Source: Mobula hypostoma
Taxonomy: Eukaryota
DNA: 64,000 nt
Assembly: GCF_963921235.1 (NCBI RefSeq)
Contig: NC_086097.1
Coordinates: forward strand, 105,464,001-105,528,000
Direction of reading: 5' to 3'
Part shown: positions 52,223 to 63,428 of the stretch, piece after piece
How the letters are laid out: every line of letters starts with the position of its first letter
Numbering within the stretch: the stretch's first letter is position 1
Program-made: the position numbers and the translations under genes
Notes under the pieces: model-generated
Database searches by the model: none
Seen by the model: the letters and a program-made list of their open reading frames with translations, nothing else
Told to the model about the DNA's origin: nothing

Positions 52223-55200
52223 GACAGCCTCCTGTACGTCTGGGACAAACAGTCGGGACGCCGCTTTTTGGTCGACACCGGAGCGGAGATCAGCGTCTTA
52301 CCTCCAACGAGTTACGACACCCACAACAGAGAACCGGGACCCACCCTGAGGGCCGCTAATGGCAACACAATACGAACCTACGGCACCCGCACGGTGCGGC
52401 TACAGTTCAGCTCCAGCCGGTTCACGTGGGACTTCACACTGGCCGCCGTGGCCCAACCACTGCTGGGGGCAGATTTTCTATGAGCCCACAGCCTGCTGGT
52501 CGACTTGCAAGGGAAGCGATTAGTCCACGCCAAGACTTTTCAAACGTTCTCCCTGGGTGAAGCACAGTTGCCAGCCCCACACCTGGACTCCATCACGCTG
52601 TCCGACGATGAATTCACCAGGGTCCTGGTGGATTTCCCATCAGTACTGACACCGCAGTTCATGGCAGCCATGCCCAGACACGGAGTACAGCACCACATCC
52701 CGACCCAGGGACCACCCCTCCACGCCCGTGCTCGAAGGCTTCCCCCGGACAAGCTCCGACTGGCGAAGGAGGAGTTCAAGAAGATGGAGGAATTAGGGAT
52801 CATACGACGGTCCGACAGCCCATGGGCCTCCCCCCTTCACATGGTGCCCAAGGCAACGGGGGGGGCTGGAGACCATGCGGTGACTACCGCAGACTGAACG
52901 AGGCTACAACGCCAGACCGCTACCCTGTGCCGCACATTCAAGACTTCGCAGCAAACCTACACGGCGCAAGGATCTTTTCCAAGGTAGACCTCGTCCGGGG
53001 ATACCATCAAATCCCTGTACATCCGGACGACATCCCCAAAACAGCACTTATCACCCCGTTCGGACTTTTTGAATTCCTCCGAATGCCGTTTGGTCTAAAG
53101 AACGCCGCACAGACTTTCCAGCGGCTAATGGACGCGGTGGGACGCGACCTGGACTTTGCATTCATCTATTTGGACGACATCCTCATAGCCAGCAGTAGTC
53201 GGCAGGAGCATCTGTCCCACCTCCGCCAGCTCTACTCCCGCCTGAGTGAATTCGGCCTTACAATCAATCCAGCCAAATACCAGTTCGGACTCGACACCAT
53301 CGACTTCCGGGGCCACAGGATTACTAAAGGCGGGGCAACCCCGCTGCCCGCCAAGGTAGACGCGGTCCGCCACTTCCCCCGACCCAACACAATCAAAGGC
53401 TTGCAGGAATTCGTGGGTATGGTGAATTTCTACCACCGTTTCCTCCCCTCAGCAGCCCGAACCATGCGCCCCTTGTTCACTCTAATGTCGGGTAAGGGCA
53501 AGGACATTACCTGGAACGAAGAGGCCGCAACCGCTTTCGTTAAAACCAAAGAAGCCTTGGCAAACGCCGTGATGCTAGTGCACCCCAGAGCGGACGTTCC
53601 TACTGCCCTCACGGTGGACGCATCCAACACAGCAGTTGGTGGAGTGCTGGAACAACTCATCGAGGGTCGCTGGCAACCCCTGGCGTTCTTCAGCAAACAC
53701 CTACGACCACCCGAACTCAAATACAGTGCTTTCGACCGGGAGCTATTGGCACTATACCTGGCAATCCGGCATTTCAGGTACTTCTTAGAAGCTAGGCCCT
53801 TCACCGTGTTCACAGACCACAAACCGCTTACCTTTGCGTTCACTAAGGTGTCCGACCCCTGGTCGTCCCGCCAGCAGCGACATCTGTCCTACATCTCCGA
53901 GTACACGACGGACATCCGGCATGTCTCTGGAAAGAACAATGTCGTGGCAGACGCACTTTCCAGACCCACCATACAGGCCCTGTCCCAGGGGGTGGACTAT
54001 GCAGTGCTGGCAGAGGCACAGCAGGCAGACGCTGAGATCCTCAGTTACAGGACTGCAGTCTCCGGTTTACAGCTCCAAGACCTCCCCGTAGGCCCAGGTG
54101 AGAGGACCCTACTATGTGACGTAGCTACTGGCCAACCCCGCCCTGTCATCCCAGCAGCCTGGCGCCGGCGGGTGTTCGAATCCATTCACAACTTAGCGCA
54201 CCCCTCCATCAGGACAACTGTCCGGCTGGTCTCCAACAGGTTCGTGTGGCATGGACTTCATAAACAGGTCAGTGAATGGGCCAAAACGTGTATGCAGTGC
54301 CAAACGGCCAAGGTGCAGCGGCACACCAAGGCTCCACCGCAGCGGTTCGAACCCACCCGCCGGAGGTTCGACCACATCCATGTGGATATCGTGGGGCCCC
54401 TGCCAGTGTCGCGAGGAGCGCGGTACCTCCTAACTATGATAGACCGGTTCACCAGATGGCCAGAGGCAGTCCCGCTCAGCGACACCACCTCCGAATCCTG
54501 CGCCCGAGCACTGATCGCAACCTGGGTAGCACGCTTTGGGGTACCGGCCCACATTACCTCTGACAGGGGCACCCAGTTCACCTCCAGCCTGTGGTCGGCT
54601 ATGGCCAGACTTTTAGGAACACAGCTACGCCACACAACTGCCTACCACCCACAGTCGAACGGACTAGTGGAGCGCTTCCACCGTCACCTGAAATCAGCTC
54701 TCATGGCCGGCCTGGAGGGGCCTAACTGGGTGGATGAGCTTCCCTGGGTCCTGCTCGGAATCCGCACGGCGCCCAAGGAGGATCTGCACACCTCGTCGGC
54801 CGAGTTGGTGTACGGCACGCCCCTGATCGTCCCAGGAGAGTTCATACCAGCCCCAAGGGGGCAAGAGGAAGAACCCACAGCAGTCCTGGACAGACTATGG
54901 GAGAGGCTCGGTAACCTGGCCCCCATACCAGCACGGACAGAGCCCAACCTGCGTACCCAAAGACCTGCAGAACTGTAAGTTTCTTTTTGTACGACGGGGC
55001 GGACACCGGGCACCGCTACAGTGGCCCTACGAGGGGCCGTTTAAGGTGATCAGCAACAACGGGTCCACGTTCGTGCTGGACATTGGGGGGAGAGAGGAGG
55101 TTTTCATGGTGGACCGACTCAAACCGGCCCATGTGGACTTGGCGCAGCCGGTCCAGGCTCAGGCACCGCGGCGCAGGGGCAGACCTCCCAAACAGAGGCT

Positions 55201-55256
55201 GATCCAGACTGTGGACATTGGGGGAGGTATCGCCGGTTCTGGGGGGGGGGGGGTTA
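52172..55256 (+). pseudogene. pol: Gypsy pol; RT-RH-IN open for 718 codons (52822..54978)
   Basis: LVDTGA, YLDDIL, VDAS, FTDHKPL, HHCC, D-D-E integrase. Stop at 52481-52483, frameshift at the G run ~52858, deletion near 54928. Confidence 0.95.
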
Positions 55257-56302
55257 TGTGGCGACCCACTTTCTGACACCCACGAACCGGCTCACGAAAC
55301 AGCGCGCGCAGGCAGAGGGCCGGCAGCAAAAAGGGCGGGAACGGGAAGGCTTTAAAGCGGGCCGCGAAGTTTGAATAAACCTCTTTCATCGCAACTCCAA
55401 CTCACCGACTCCGTGTGGTTATTCTAGCGCTGTGTGTAGCACATCGCTACAGCATCTCCAAGTCTGCGGATGACACGAAGCTGGGTGGCAGTGTTAGCTG
55501 TGAGGAGGTTGCTAATAGGATGCAGGGTGACTTGGATAGGTCAGGTGAGTGGGCAAATTCATGGCAAATGGAATTTAATGTGGATAAATGTGAAGTTATC
55601 CACTTTGGTGGCAAAAACAGGAAAACAGATTATTATCTGAATGGTGGCGGATTAGGAAAAGGGGAGGTACAACGAGACCTGAGTGTCATTATACACCAGC
55701 CCTTGAAAGTGGGCATGCAGGTACAGCAGGAGGTGAAAAAGGCCAATTTGTAATCACCATAGGGGAACAGATTCCCATTCTGTAATCACCAAAGGGTGTA
55801 CATTTTCCCATTCTGTAATGACCATAGGTTGTATTGTTTCTCATTTTGTAATCACCATAGGTTCTATTGTTTCCCATTCTGTAATCACCATAGAGTGAAC
55901 TGTTTCCCATTCTGTAATGGCCATAAAGTGGACTGTTTCCGATTCTGTAATCATCAGAGGGTGAATAGTTTCCTATTCTGTAATCAACATAGGTGGTATA
56001 GTTTCCCATTCGGTAATCAACAGAGTTGTTTCGTTTTCCATTCTGTAATCAGCAGAGAACGGACAGTTTCCCAATCTGTAATCACCATAGGGGAACAGAT
56101 TCCCATTCCATAATCACCATAGAGTGAGTAGTTTCCCATTCTGTAATCACCTCAGTATGTAATATTTCCCATTCCATAATCACCATAGTGTGAACAGGTT
56201 CCCAATCTCCAATCACCATAGAGTTAAAAATTTCCCATTCTGCAATCACCATAGGGTGAACAAGTTCCCATTCTGTAACCCCTGTAGAGTGAACAGTTTC
56301 CC

Positions 56303-57431
56303 CGTCACAGTGGGGACACTGGTGGCGGGAACGGACCCAAATGCAAGACACAGACACTGAAGTAGAAGGTACAGGACTTGACTAGAGTGGGGACGTGACA
56401 GGATACAGACAAGGAGCAGGGACAAGAACGCAGACTTGGCCTTCACCCGCGAGCCAAAGTCTGGAGAAGGACCCAGCACCTGAGCCTTGCCTCGGGCTCG
56501 GGCCCCAGAACCAGGCATGGACATGATATGACTGCGTGACTGGAGTCTTGGGTCTTGAGGCTTGAGGCTTGGAGACAAGACTTGGAGACCGGCTTGGAGG
56601 CTTGAGCCTTGAGGCTTGGAGACTGGCTTGGAGGCTTAAGTCTTGAGGCTTGGAGACAGACTAGGGATCATGGGGCTGGAGGCTTGGAGACAGGCTTGGG
56701 GACTCGGAGCTGCAGACTTGGAGACAGGATTGGGGTTTGGAGGCTGCAGGCTTGGAGACAGGCTTGGTGTCATGAGGCTTGAGGCTTGGAGACAGGCTTG
56801 GAGACATGAGGCTGGAGGCCTGGAGACAGGGTTGAGGTCTTGAAGCTGGAGGCTCGGAGACAGGCTTGGTGTCATAAGGCTTGAGGCTTGGAGACAGGTT
56901 TGGGGTTCTGAGGCTTGAGGCTTGGAGACAGGCTTGGGGTCATGGGGCTGCAGGCTTGGAGACAGAATTGGGGTCTTGAGGCTGGAGGCCGGGAGACAGG
57001 CTGTGGGTCTTGAGTCTGGAGGCTTGGAGACAGGCTTGGTTTCTTGAGGCTTGGGGTCTTGAGGCATGAGGCTTGGAGACAGGCTTGGAGTCTTGAGGCT
57101 TGAGGCTTGCAGACAGGCTTAGGGTCTTGGAATGCAGAGGCTTAATACTTAGAGGCTGGAGCTCTGAGACAGACTGGGAACTGTACATCAACATGGAGCC
57201 AGGACTTATCCTTCGAAAAGCTGGGACTCATCTTCAACACAACATCAACATGAGACAGGACAGTACATAGACATACAGCCAGGACTTATACTTACACATG
57301 CCGGGACTCAACTTCATCTCCACACCAAGTTGGGACAGGACCATCCGCCAGGTAACGGCAAAATGGCCGGACTTACCCGACAGAGGCAAAGACAAGACAA
57401 GACAAGACAGGTCCCTCCGCAGGGTGCTGGG
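56303..57431 (-). mobile_element. Truncated LTR copy J
   Basis: Shared junctions. Confidence 0.9.
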
Positions 57432-57586
57432 TCTCTAATCACCATAGAGTGAACAGTTTCCCATTCTGTAATCACCATAGGGGTATTCTTTCCCATTTTA
57501 TTATCACCAATGGTGAAACAGTTTCTGTTCCTGTAATTACCACAGTGTGAACAGTTTCCCATTCTGTAATCAGCATAGGTGTATTG

Positions 57587-59873
57587 CACCTTGTCCCCAT
57601 TCCAACCTCACTCCTTCGGAACGCTCTGCTCTCCACTCCCTCTGTACTAATCCTAACCTTACTATTAAATCCGCCGATAAGGGGGGTGCTGTTGTAGTCT
57701 GGCGTACTGACCTCTACCTTGCTGAGGCACAGCGACAACTCGCGGATACCTCCTCTTATTTACCCCTCGATCGTGACCCCACTAAGGAGCACCAGGCCAT
57801 TGTCTCCCACACCATCACCGACTTTATCCGCTCAGGGGATCTCCCATCCACTGCTACCAACCTTATAGTTCCCACACCTTGCACTTCCCGTTTCTACCTC
57901 CTACCCAAGATCCACAAACCTGCCTGTCCTGGCCGACCTATTGTCTCAGCTTGCTCCCGCCCCACCGAACTCGTTTCTGCATACCTCGACACATACATCC
58001 CCCTTTGTTCAATCCCTTCCTACCTATGTTCGTGACACTTCTCATGCTCTTAAACTTTTCGATGATTTTAAGTTCCCTGGCCCCCACCGCTTTATTTTCA
58101 CCATGGATGTCCAGTCCCTATATACTTCCATCCCCCATCAGGAAAGTCTCAAAACTCTAAGCTTCTTTTTGGATTCCAGACCTAATCAGTTCCCCTCTAC
58201 CACCACTCTGCGTCTAGCGGAATTAATCCTTACTCTTAATAATTTCTCCTTTGGCTCCTCCCACTTCCTCCAAACTAAAGGTGTAGCTATGGGCATCCGT
58301 ATGGGTCCTAGCTATGCCTGCCTTTTTGTTGGCTTTGTGGAACAATCTATGTTCCGTGCCGATTCTGGTATCTGTCCCCCACTTTTCCTTCGCTACATCG
58401 ACGACTGCATTGGCGCTTCTTCCTGCACGCATGCAGAGCTCATTGACTTTATTAACTTTGCCTCCAACTTTCACCATGCCCTCAAGTTTACCTGGTCCAT
58501 TTCCGACACCTTCCTCCCCTTTCTAGATCTTTCTGTCTTTGTCTCTGGAGACAGCTTATCCACTGATGTCTACTATAAGCCTACTGACTCTCACAGCTAT
58601 CTGGACTATTCCTCTTCTCACCCTGTCTCTTGCAAAAACGCCATCCCCTTCTCGCAATTCCTCCGTCTCCGCCGCATCTGCTCTCAGGATGAGGCTTTTC
58701 ATTCTAGGACGAGGGAGATGTCTTCTTTTTTTAAAGAAAGGGGCTTCCCTTCCTCCACTATCAACTCTGCTCTTAAACACATCTCCCCCATTTCACGTAC
58801 ATCTGCTCTCACTCCATCCTCCCGCCACCCCACTAGGAATAGGGTTCCCCTGGTCCTCACCTACCACCCCACCAGCCTCCGGGTCCAACATATTATTCTC
58901 CGTAACTTCCGCCACCTCCAACGGGATCCCACCACCAAGCATATCTTTCCCTCCCCCCCCCTGCATTTCGCAGGGATCGCTCCCTACGCGACTCCCTTGT
59001 CCATTCGTCCCCCCCATCCCTCCCCGCTGATCTCCCTCCTGGCACTTATCCATGTAAGCGGAACAAGTGCTACACATGCCCTTACACTTCCTCCCTTACC
59101 ACCATTCAGGGCCCCAGACAGTTCTTCCAGGTGAGGCGACACTTCACCTGTGAGTCGGCTGGGGTGATATACTGCGTCCGGTGCTCCCAATGTGACCTTT
59201 TATATATTGGCGAGACCCGACGCAGACTGGGAGACCGCTTTGCTGAACACCTACGCTCTGTCCGCCAGAGAAAGCAGGATCTCCCAGTGGCCACACATTT
59301 TAATTCCACATCCCATTCCCATTCTGACATGTCTATCCACGGCCTCCTCTGCTGTAAAGATGAAGCCACCCTCAGTTTGGAGGAACAACACCTTATATTC
59401 CGTCTGGGTAGCCTCCAACCTGATGGCATGAACATCGACTTCTCTAACTTCCGCTAATGTCTCACCTCCCCCTCGTACCCCATCTGTTACTTATTTTTAT
59501 ACACACACTCTTTCTCTCAATCTCCTTTTTCTCCCTCTGTCCCTCTGAATATACCCCTTGCCCATCCTCTGGTTCCCCCCCCCGTCTTTCTTCCTCCTGT
59601 CCCATGATCTTCTCGTATCCCTTTTGCCTATCACCTGTCCAGCTCTTGGCTCCATCCCTCCCCCTCCTGTCTTCTCCTATCATTTTGGATCTCCCCCTCC
59701 TCCTCCCACTTTCAAATCCCTTACTCACTCTTCCTTCAGTTAGTCCTGACGAAGGGTCTCGGCCTGAAATGTCGACTGCACCTCTTCCTAGAGATGCTGC
59801 CGGGCCTGCTGCGTTCACCAGCAACTTTGATGTGTGTTGCTTGAATTTCCAGCATCTGCAGAATTCCTGTTGT
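57587..59873 (+). mobile_element. 5'-truncated Penelope-like element (RT plus GIY-YIG endonuclease)
   Basis: KSADKGGAVVVW, FYLLPKIHK, GRPIVS, MDVQSLYTSIP, GVAMG, LRYIDD, VIYCVRC..LYIGET; 11-bp TSD TAGGTGTATTG (57576-57586 / 59874-59884); frameshifted. Confidence 0.95.
59742..59777 (+). ncRNA. Minimal hammerhead ribozyme in the Penelope 3' terminal repeat (stem III variant)
   Basis: AGTC-CTGACGA-AGG-gtctcgg-CCT-GAAA-TG-TC-GACT. Confidence 0.78.
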
Positions 59874-60058
59874 TAGGTGTATTGTTTCCCATTTTTTAAT
59901 CACCACAGAGTGAACAGTTGCACATTCGGTATCGCCATAGGGTGAACTGTTTCCCATTATGTACACAACATATGTTGTATAGTTTCCCATTCTGTAATCA
60001 CCATAGAGTGAACAGTTTCCCATTCTGTAATGACTATAAAGTGAAGTTTCCTATTCTG

Positions 60059-61426
60059 CCTTGTCCCTGTGTCAAAGACGCCGCGCCCCAGTGGTCTCAA
60101 TGACGACAGACCGGTGGCATTGACCTCCCACATCATGAAGACCCTGGAGAGACTTGTTCTGGAGCTGCTCCAGCCTATGGTCAGGCCACACTTAGATCCT
60201 CTCCAGTTCGCCTACCAGCCCCTACTAGGAGTTGATGATGCCATCGTCTACCTGCTGAACCATGTCTATGCCCACCTGGACAAGCCAGCGAGCACTGTGA
60301 GGGTCATGTTTTTTGACTTCTCCAGTGCGTTCAACACCATCCGCCCTGCTCTGCTGGGGGAGAAGCTGACAGCGATGCAGGTGGATGCTTTCCTGGTGTC
60401 ATGGATTCTTGATTACCTGACTGGCAGACCACAGTACGTGTGCTTGCAACACTGTGTGTCCGACAGAGTGATCAGCAGCACTGGGGCTCCACAGAGGACT
60501 GTCTTGTCTCCCTTTCTCTTCACCATTTACACCTCGGACTTCAATTACTGCACAGACTCTTGTCATCTTCAGAAGTTTTCTGATGACTCTGTCATAGTTC
60601 GATACATCAGCAAGGGAGATGAGGCTGAGTACAGGGCTACGGTTGGAAACTATGTCACATGGCGTGTGCAGAATTATCTGCAGCTTAATGTGAAAAAGAC
60701 TAAGGAGCTGGTGGTAGACCTGAGGAGAGCTAAGGTACCGGTGACCACTGTTTCCATCCAAGGGGTCAGTGTGGACATGGTGGAGGATTACAAATACCTG
60801 GGGATACGAATTGACAATAGACTGGACTGGTCAAAGAACACTGAGGCTGTCTACAAAAAGGGTCAGAGTCGTCTCTATTTCCTGAGGAGACTGAGGTCCT
60901 TTAACATCTGCCGGATGATACTGAGGATGTTCTACGAGTCTGTGGTGGCCAGTGCGATCATGTTTGCTGTTGTGTGCTGGGGCAGCAGGCTGAGAGTAGC
61001 AGACACCAATAGAATCAACAAACTCATTCGTAAGGCCAGTGATGTTGTGGGGATGGAATTGGACTCTCTGATGGTGATGTCTGAAAAGAGGATGCTGTCC
61101 AAGTTGCATGCCACCTTGGACAATGTCTCCCATCCACTACATAATGTACTGGTTGGGCACAGGAGTACATTCAGCTAGAGACTCATTCCACTGAGATGCA
61201 ACACAGAGCGTCATAGGAAGTCATTCCTGCCTGTGGCCATCAAACTTTACAACTCCTCCCTTGGAGGGTCAGACACCCTAAGCCAATAGGCTGGTCCTGG
61301 ACTTATTTCCTGGCATAATTTACATATTACCATTTAACTATTTATGGTTTTATTACTATTTAATTATTTATGGTGCAACTGTAACGAAAGCCAATTTCCC
61401 CTGGGATCAATAAAGTATGACTATGA
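60059..61426 (+). mobile_element. 5'-truncated Rex1/Babar LINE family B
   Basis: ORF 60069..61178 RT (KFSDDS); (TATGAC)n tail; duplication CTATTCTG (60051-60058 / 61427-61434). Confidence 0.94.
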
Positions 61427-61826
61427 CTATTCTGTAATCACCGTAGACTGTACAGTTTCCCATTGTGTAATCACCATAGTCTAAACAGTTTCCACCTCCG
61501 TTCTCACCATCGAGTGAACAGTTTCCCATTCTGTAATCACGGCAGAGTGAACAGTTACCCATTCAGTAATCAAGATAGGTTGGAGAGTTTCCCATTCTGT
61601 TATCACCATAGGTTGTATAGTTTCCCTTTCTCTAATCACCAGAGGGTGTATATTTCAGAATTCTGTAATCAACATAGGGTGAACAGTTTCCCATTCTACA
61701 TTCACCATAGGGTGAACAGTTTCCAATTCTGTCATCACCACAAAGTGAACAGTTTCCCTTTTCTGTATCACCACAGTATGAAATGTTTCCCATTCTTTAA
61801 TCACCACAGTGTGAACAGGTTCCCAT

Positions 61827-62107
61827 AGAACCATAGAACCATAGAAACAACAGCACAGAAACAGGCCTTTTGGCCCTTCTAGGCTGTGCCGAACCATTTT
61901 CTGCCTAGTCCCACTGACCTGCACACGGACCATATCCCTCCATACGCCTCCCATCCATGTATCTGTCCAATTCATTCTTAAATGTTAAAAAAGAACCTAC
62001 ATTTACCACCTCATCTGGCAGCTCATTCCATACTCCCACCACTCTCTGTGTGAAGAAGCCCCCCCAATGTTCCGTTTAAACTTTTCCCCCCTCACCCTTA
62101 ACCCATG
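61827..62107 (-). mobile_element. CR1 3' fragment
   Basis: (CCATAGAA)n tail; CR1 C-terminus (FFTQRVVGVWNELP); TCCCAT at both junctions. Confidence 0.88.
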
Positions 62108-62144
62108 TCCCATTCTGTAATCTCTGCAGAGTGAACAGTTTCCC

Positions 62145-62869
62145 CGTCACAGTGAGGAAGCTGGTGATGGGAACAGACCCAAATGCAAGACACGGACACC
62201 GAAGTAGAAGGTACAGGAGTTGACTACAGTAGGGACGTGACAGGATACAGACAAGGAGCAGGGACAAGAACGCAGACTTGGGCTTGGACCACGAGCCAGA
62301 GCCAGGAGAAGGACCCAGCACCTGAGCCTTGCCTCGGGTTCGGGCCCCAGAACCAGGCATGGACATGATATATCTGCATGACTGGAGGCTGGGGTCTTGA
62401 GGCTTAAAGACAGGCTTGGGGACATGTGGTTGGAGGCTTGGCGACAGGCTTATGGACTCGAGGCTGCAGGCTTGGAGATAGGCTTGGGTTTTGAGGCTGC
62501 AGGCTTGGAGACAGTCTTGGGGTCTTGAGGCATGAGGCTTGGAGACAGGCTTGGGGCTTGGATCTTGGAATGCGGAGGCTTAATACTCGGAGTCTGGAGC
62601 TCTGAGACAGACTGGGAACTGTACATCAACATGGAGCCGGGACTTATCCTTCGAAAAGCCGGGACTCATCTTCAACACGACACCAACATGAGACAGGACA
62701 GTACATAGACATAGAACCAGGACTTCTACTTAGACAAGCCGGGTCTCAACTTCATCTCCACACCAAGGTGGGACAGCACCATCCATCGGGTAACGGCAGA
62801 ACGGCCCGACTTACCCAACAGAGGCAAAGACAAGACAAGATAAGACAGGTCCATCCGCAGGGTGCTGGG
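62145..62869 (-). mobile_element. Truncated LTR copy K
   Basis: Shared junctions; short minisatellite. Confidence 0.9.
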
Positions 62870-62999
62870 TCTCTAATCACCATAGAGTGAACAGTTTCCC
62901 ATTCTGTAATCACCATAGGGTTAACAGTTTCCCATTCTGCAATCACCATAGGGTGAACAGATTCCCATTCTGTAATCTCTGCAGAGTGAACAGTTTCCC

Positions 63000-63086
63000 T
63001 GTCACAGCGGGGACGCTGCTGACGGGAACGGACCCAAATGCAAGACACGGGCTCTGAAGTAGAAGGTACAGGACTTGACTAGAGTA
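63000..63086 (-). mobile_element. LTR copy L (left end only, cut by CR1)
   Basis: Same left junction GTTTCCC|TGTCAC. Confidence 0.85.
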
Positions 63087-63428
63087 CATAGAACATAGAA
63101 CATAGAATAGTACAGCACATTACAGGCCCTTGGGCCCACAATGTTGTGCCGACCCTCAAACCCTGCCTCCCACCTTAAATTCCTCCATATACCTGTCTAG
63201 TAGTCTCTTAAATTTCACTAGTGTATCTGCCTCCACCACTGACTCAGGCAGTGCATTCCACGCACCAACCACTCTGAGTAAAAAACCTTCCTCTAATATC
63301 CCCCTTGAACTTCCCACCCCTTACCTTAAAGCCATGTCCTCTTCTATTGAGCAGAGCTGCCCTGGGGAAGAGGTGCTGGCTATCCACTCTAGCTATTTGT
63401 CTTATTATCTTGTGTACCTATCTTCTAT
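63087..63428 (-). mobile_element. CR1 3' fragment, same family as 14907-18424
   Basis: (CATAGAA)n TAGTACAGCACATTACAGGCCC end, matching 14907 onward. Confidence 0.9.

Larger units (their letters stand above)
51260..55451 (+). mobile_element. Ty3/Gypsy LTR retrotransposon, CsRn1-like clade, copy 2
   Basis: 195-bp LTRs 51260-51454 and 55257-55451 (TG...CA, 5 differences); TSD GCAT (51256-51259 / 55452-55455); tRNA-Trp PBS 51457-51470; G-run PPT 55241-55253. Confidence 0.97.
49257..55745 (+). mobile_element. Degenerate CR1 LINE ORF2, truncated at both ends, split by Gypsy copy 2
   Basis: LCVNARS, VYRPPN, ILDWVL, QHGFVKGKSCLTNL, YLDFQKAFDKVPH, QGSVLGP; ISKSADDTKLGG resumes after the Gypsy; no 3' tail. 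Confidence 0.92.
32359..63086. repeat. Composite macrosatellite: truncated LTR plus 33-bp satellite block, repeated
   Basis: LTR relics share both junctions. Satellite spacers lie at 33861-34865, 36234-37514, 38387-39438, 40776-41431, 42610-43897, 44770-45723, 46910-48392, 55746-56302, 57432-57586, 59874-60058, 61427-61826 and 62870-62999. Confidence 0.92.

Noticed and set aside
32529..57194. Ser/Pro/Gln-rich ORFs (SLSPSLKPQ, QACLQASS) resembling mucin-like proteins
   Set aside because: These are translations of the 34-bp minisatellite cycling through all three frames inside LTR relics.
57541..57580. CACAGTG heptamers in some monomers as V(D)J recombination signals
   Set aside because: No ACAAAAACC nonamer at 12 or 22/23 nt and no V, D or J segments; they are satellite variants.
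1..62999. Hundreds of ORFs with 11-aa periodicity (VNSFPFCNHHR, MVITEWETVHS, MGNCSLYGDYR) suggesting a Cys/His-rich repeat protein
   Set aside because: A 33-bp unit stop-free in three frames produces these automatically. They overlap on both strands, are broken by frequent indels and stops, and are interrupted by many TEs.
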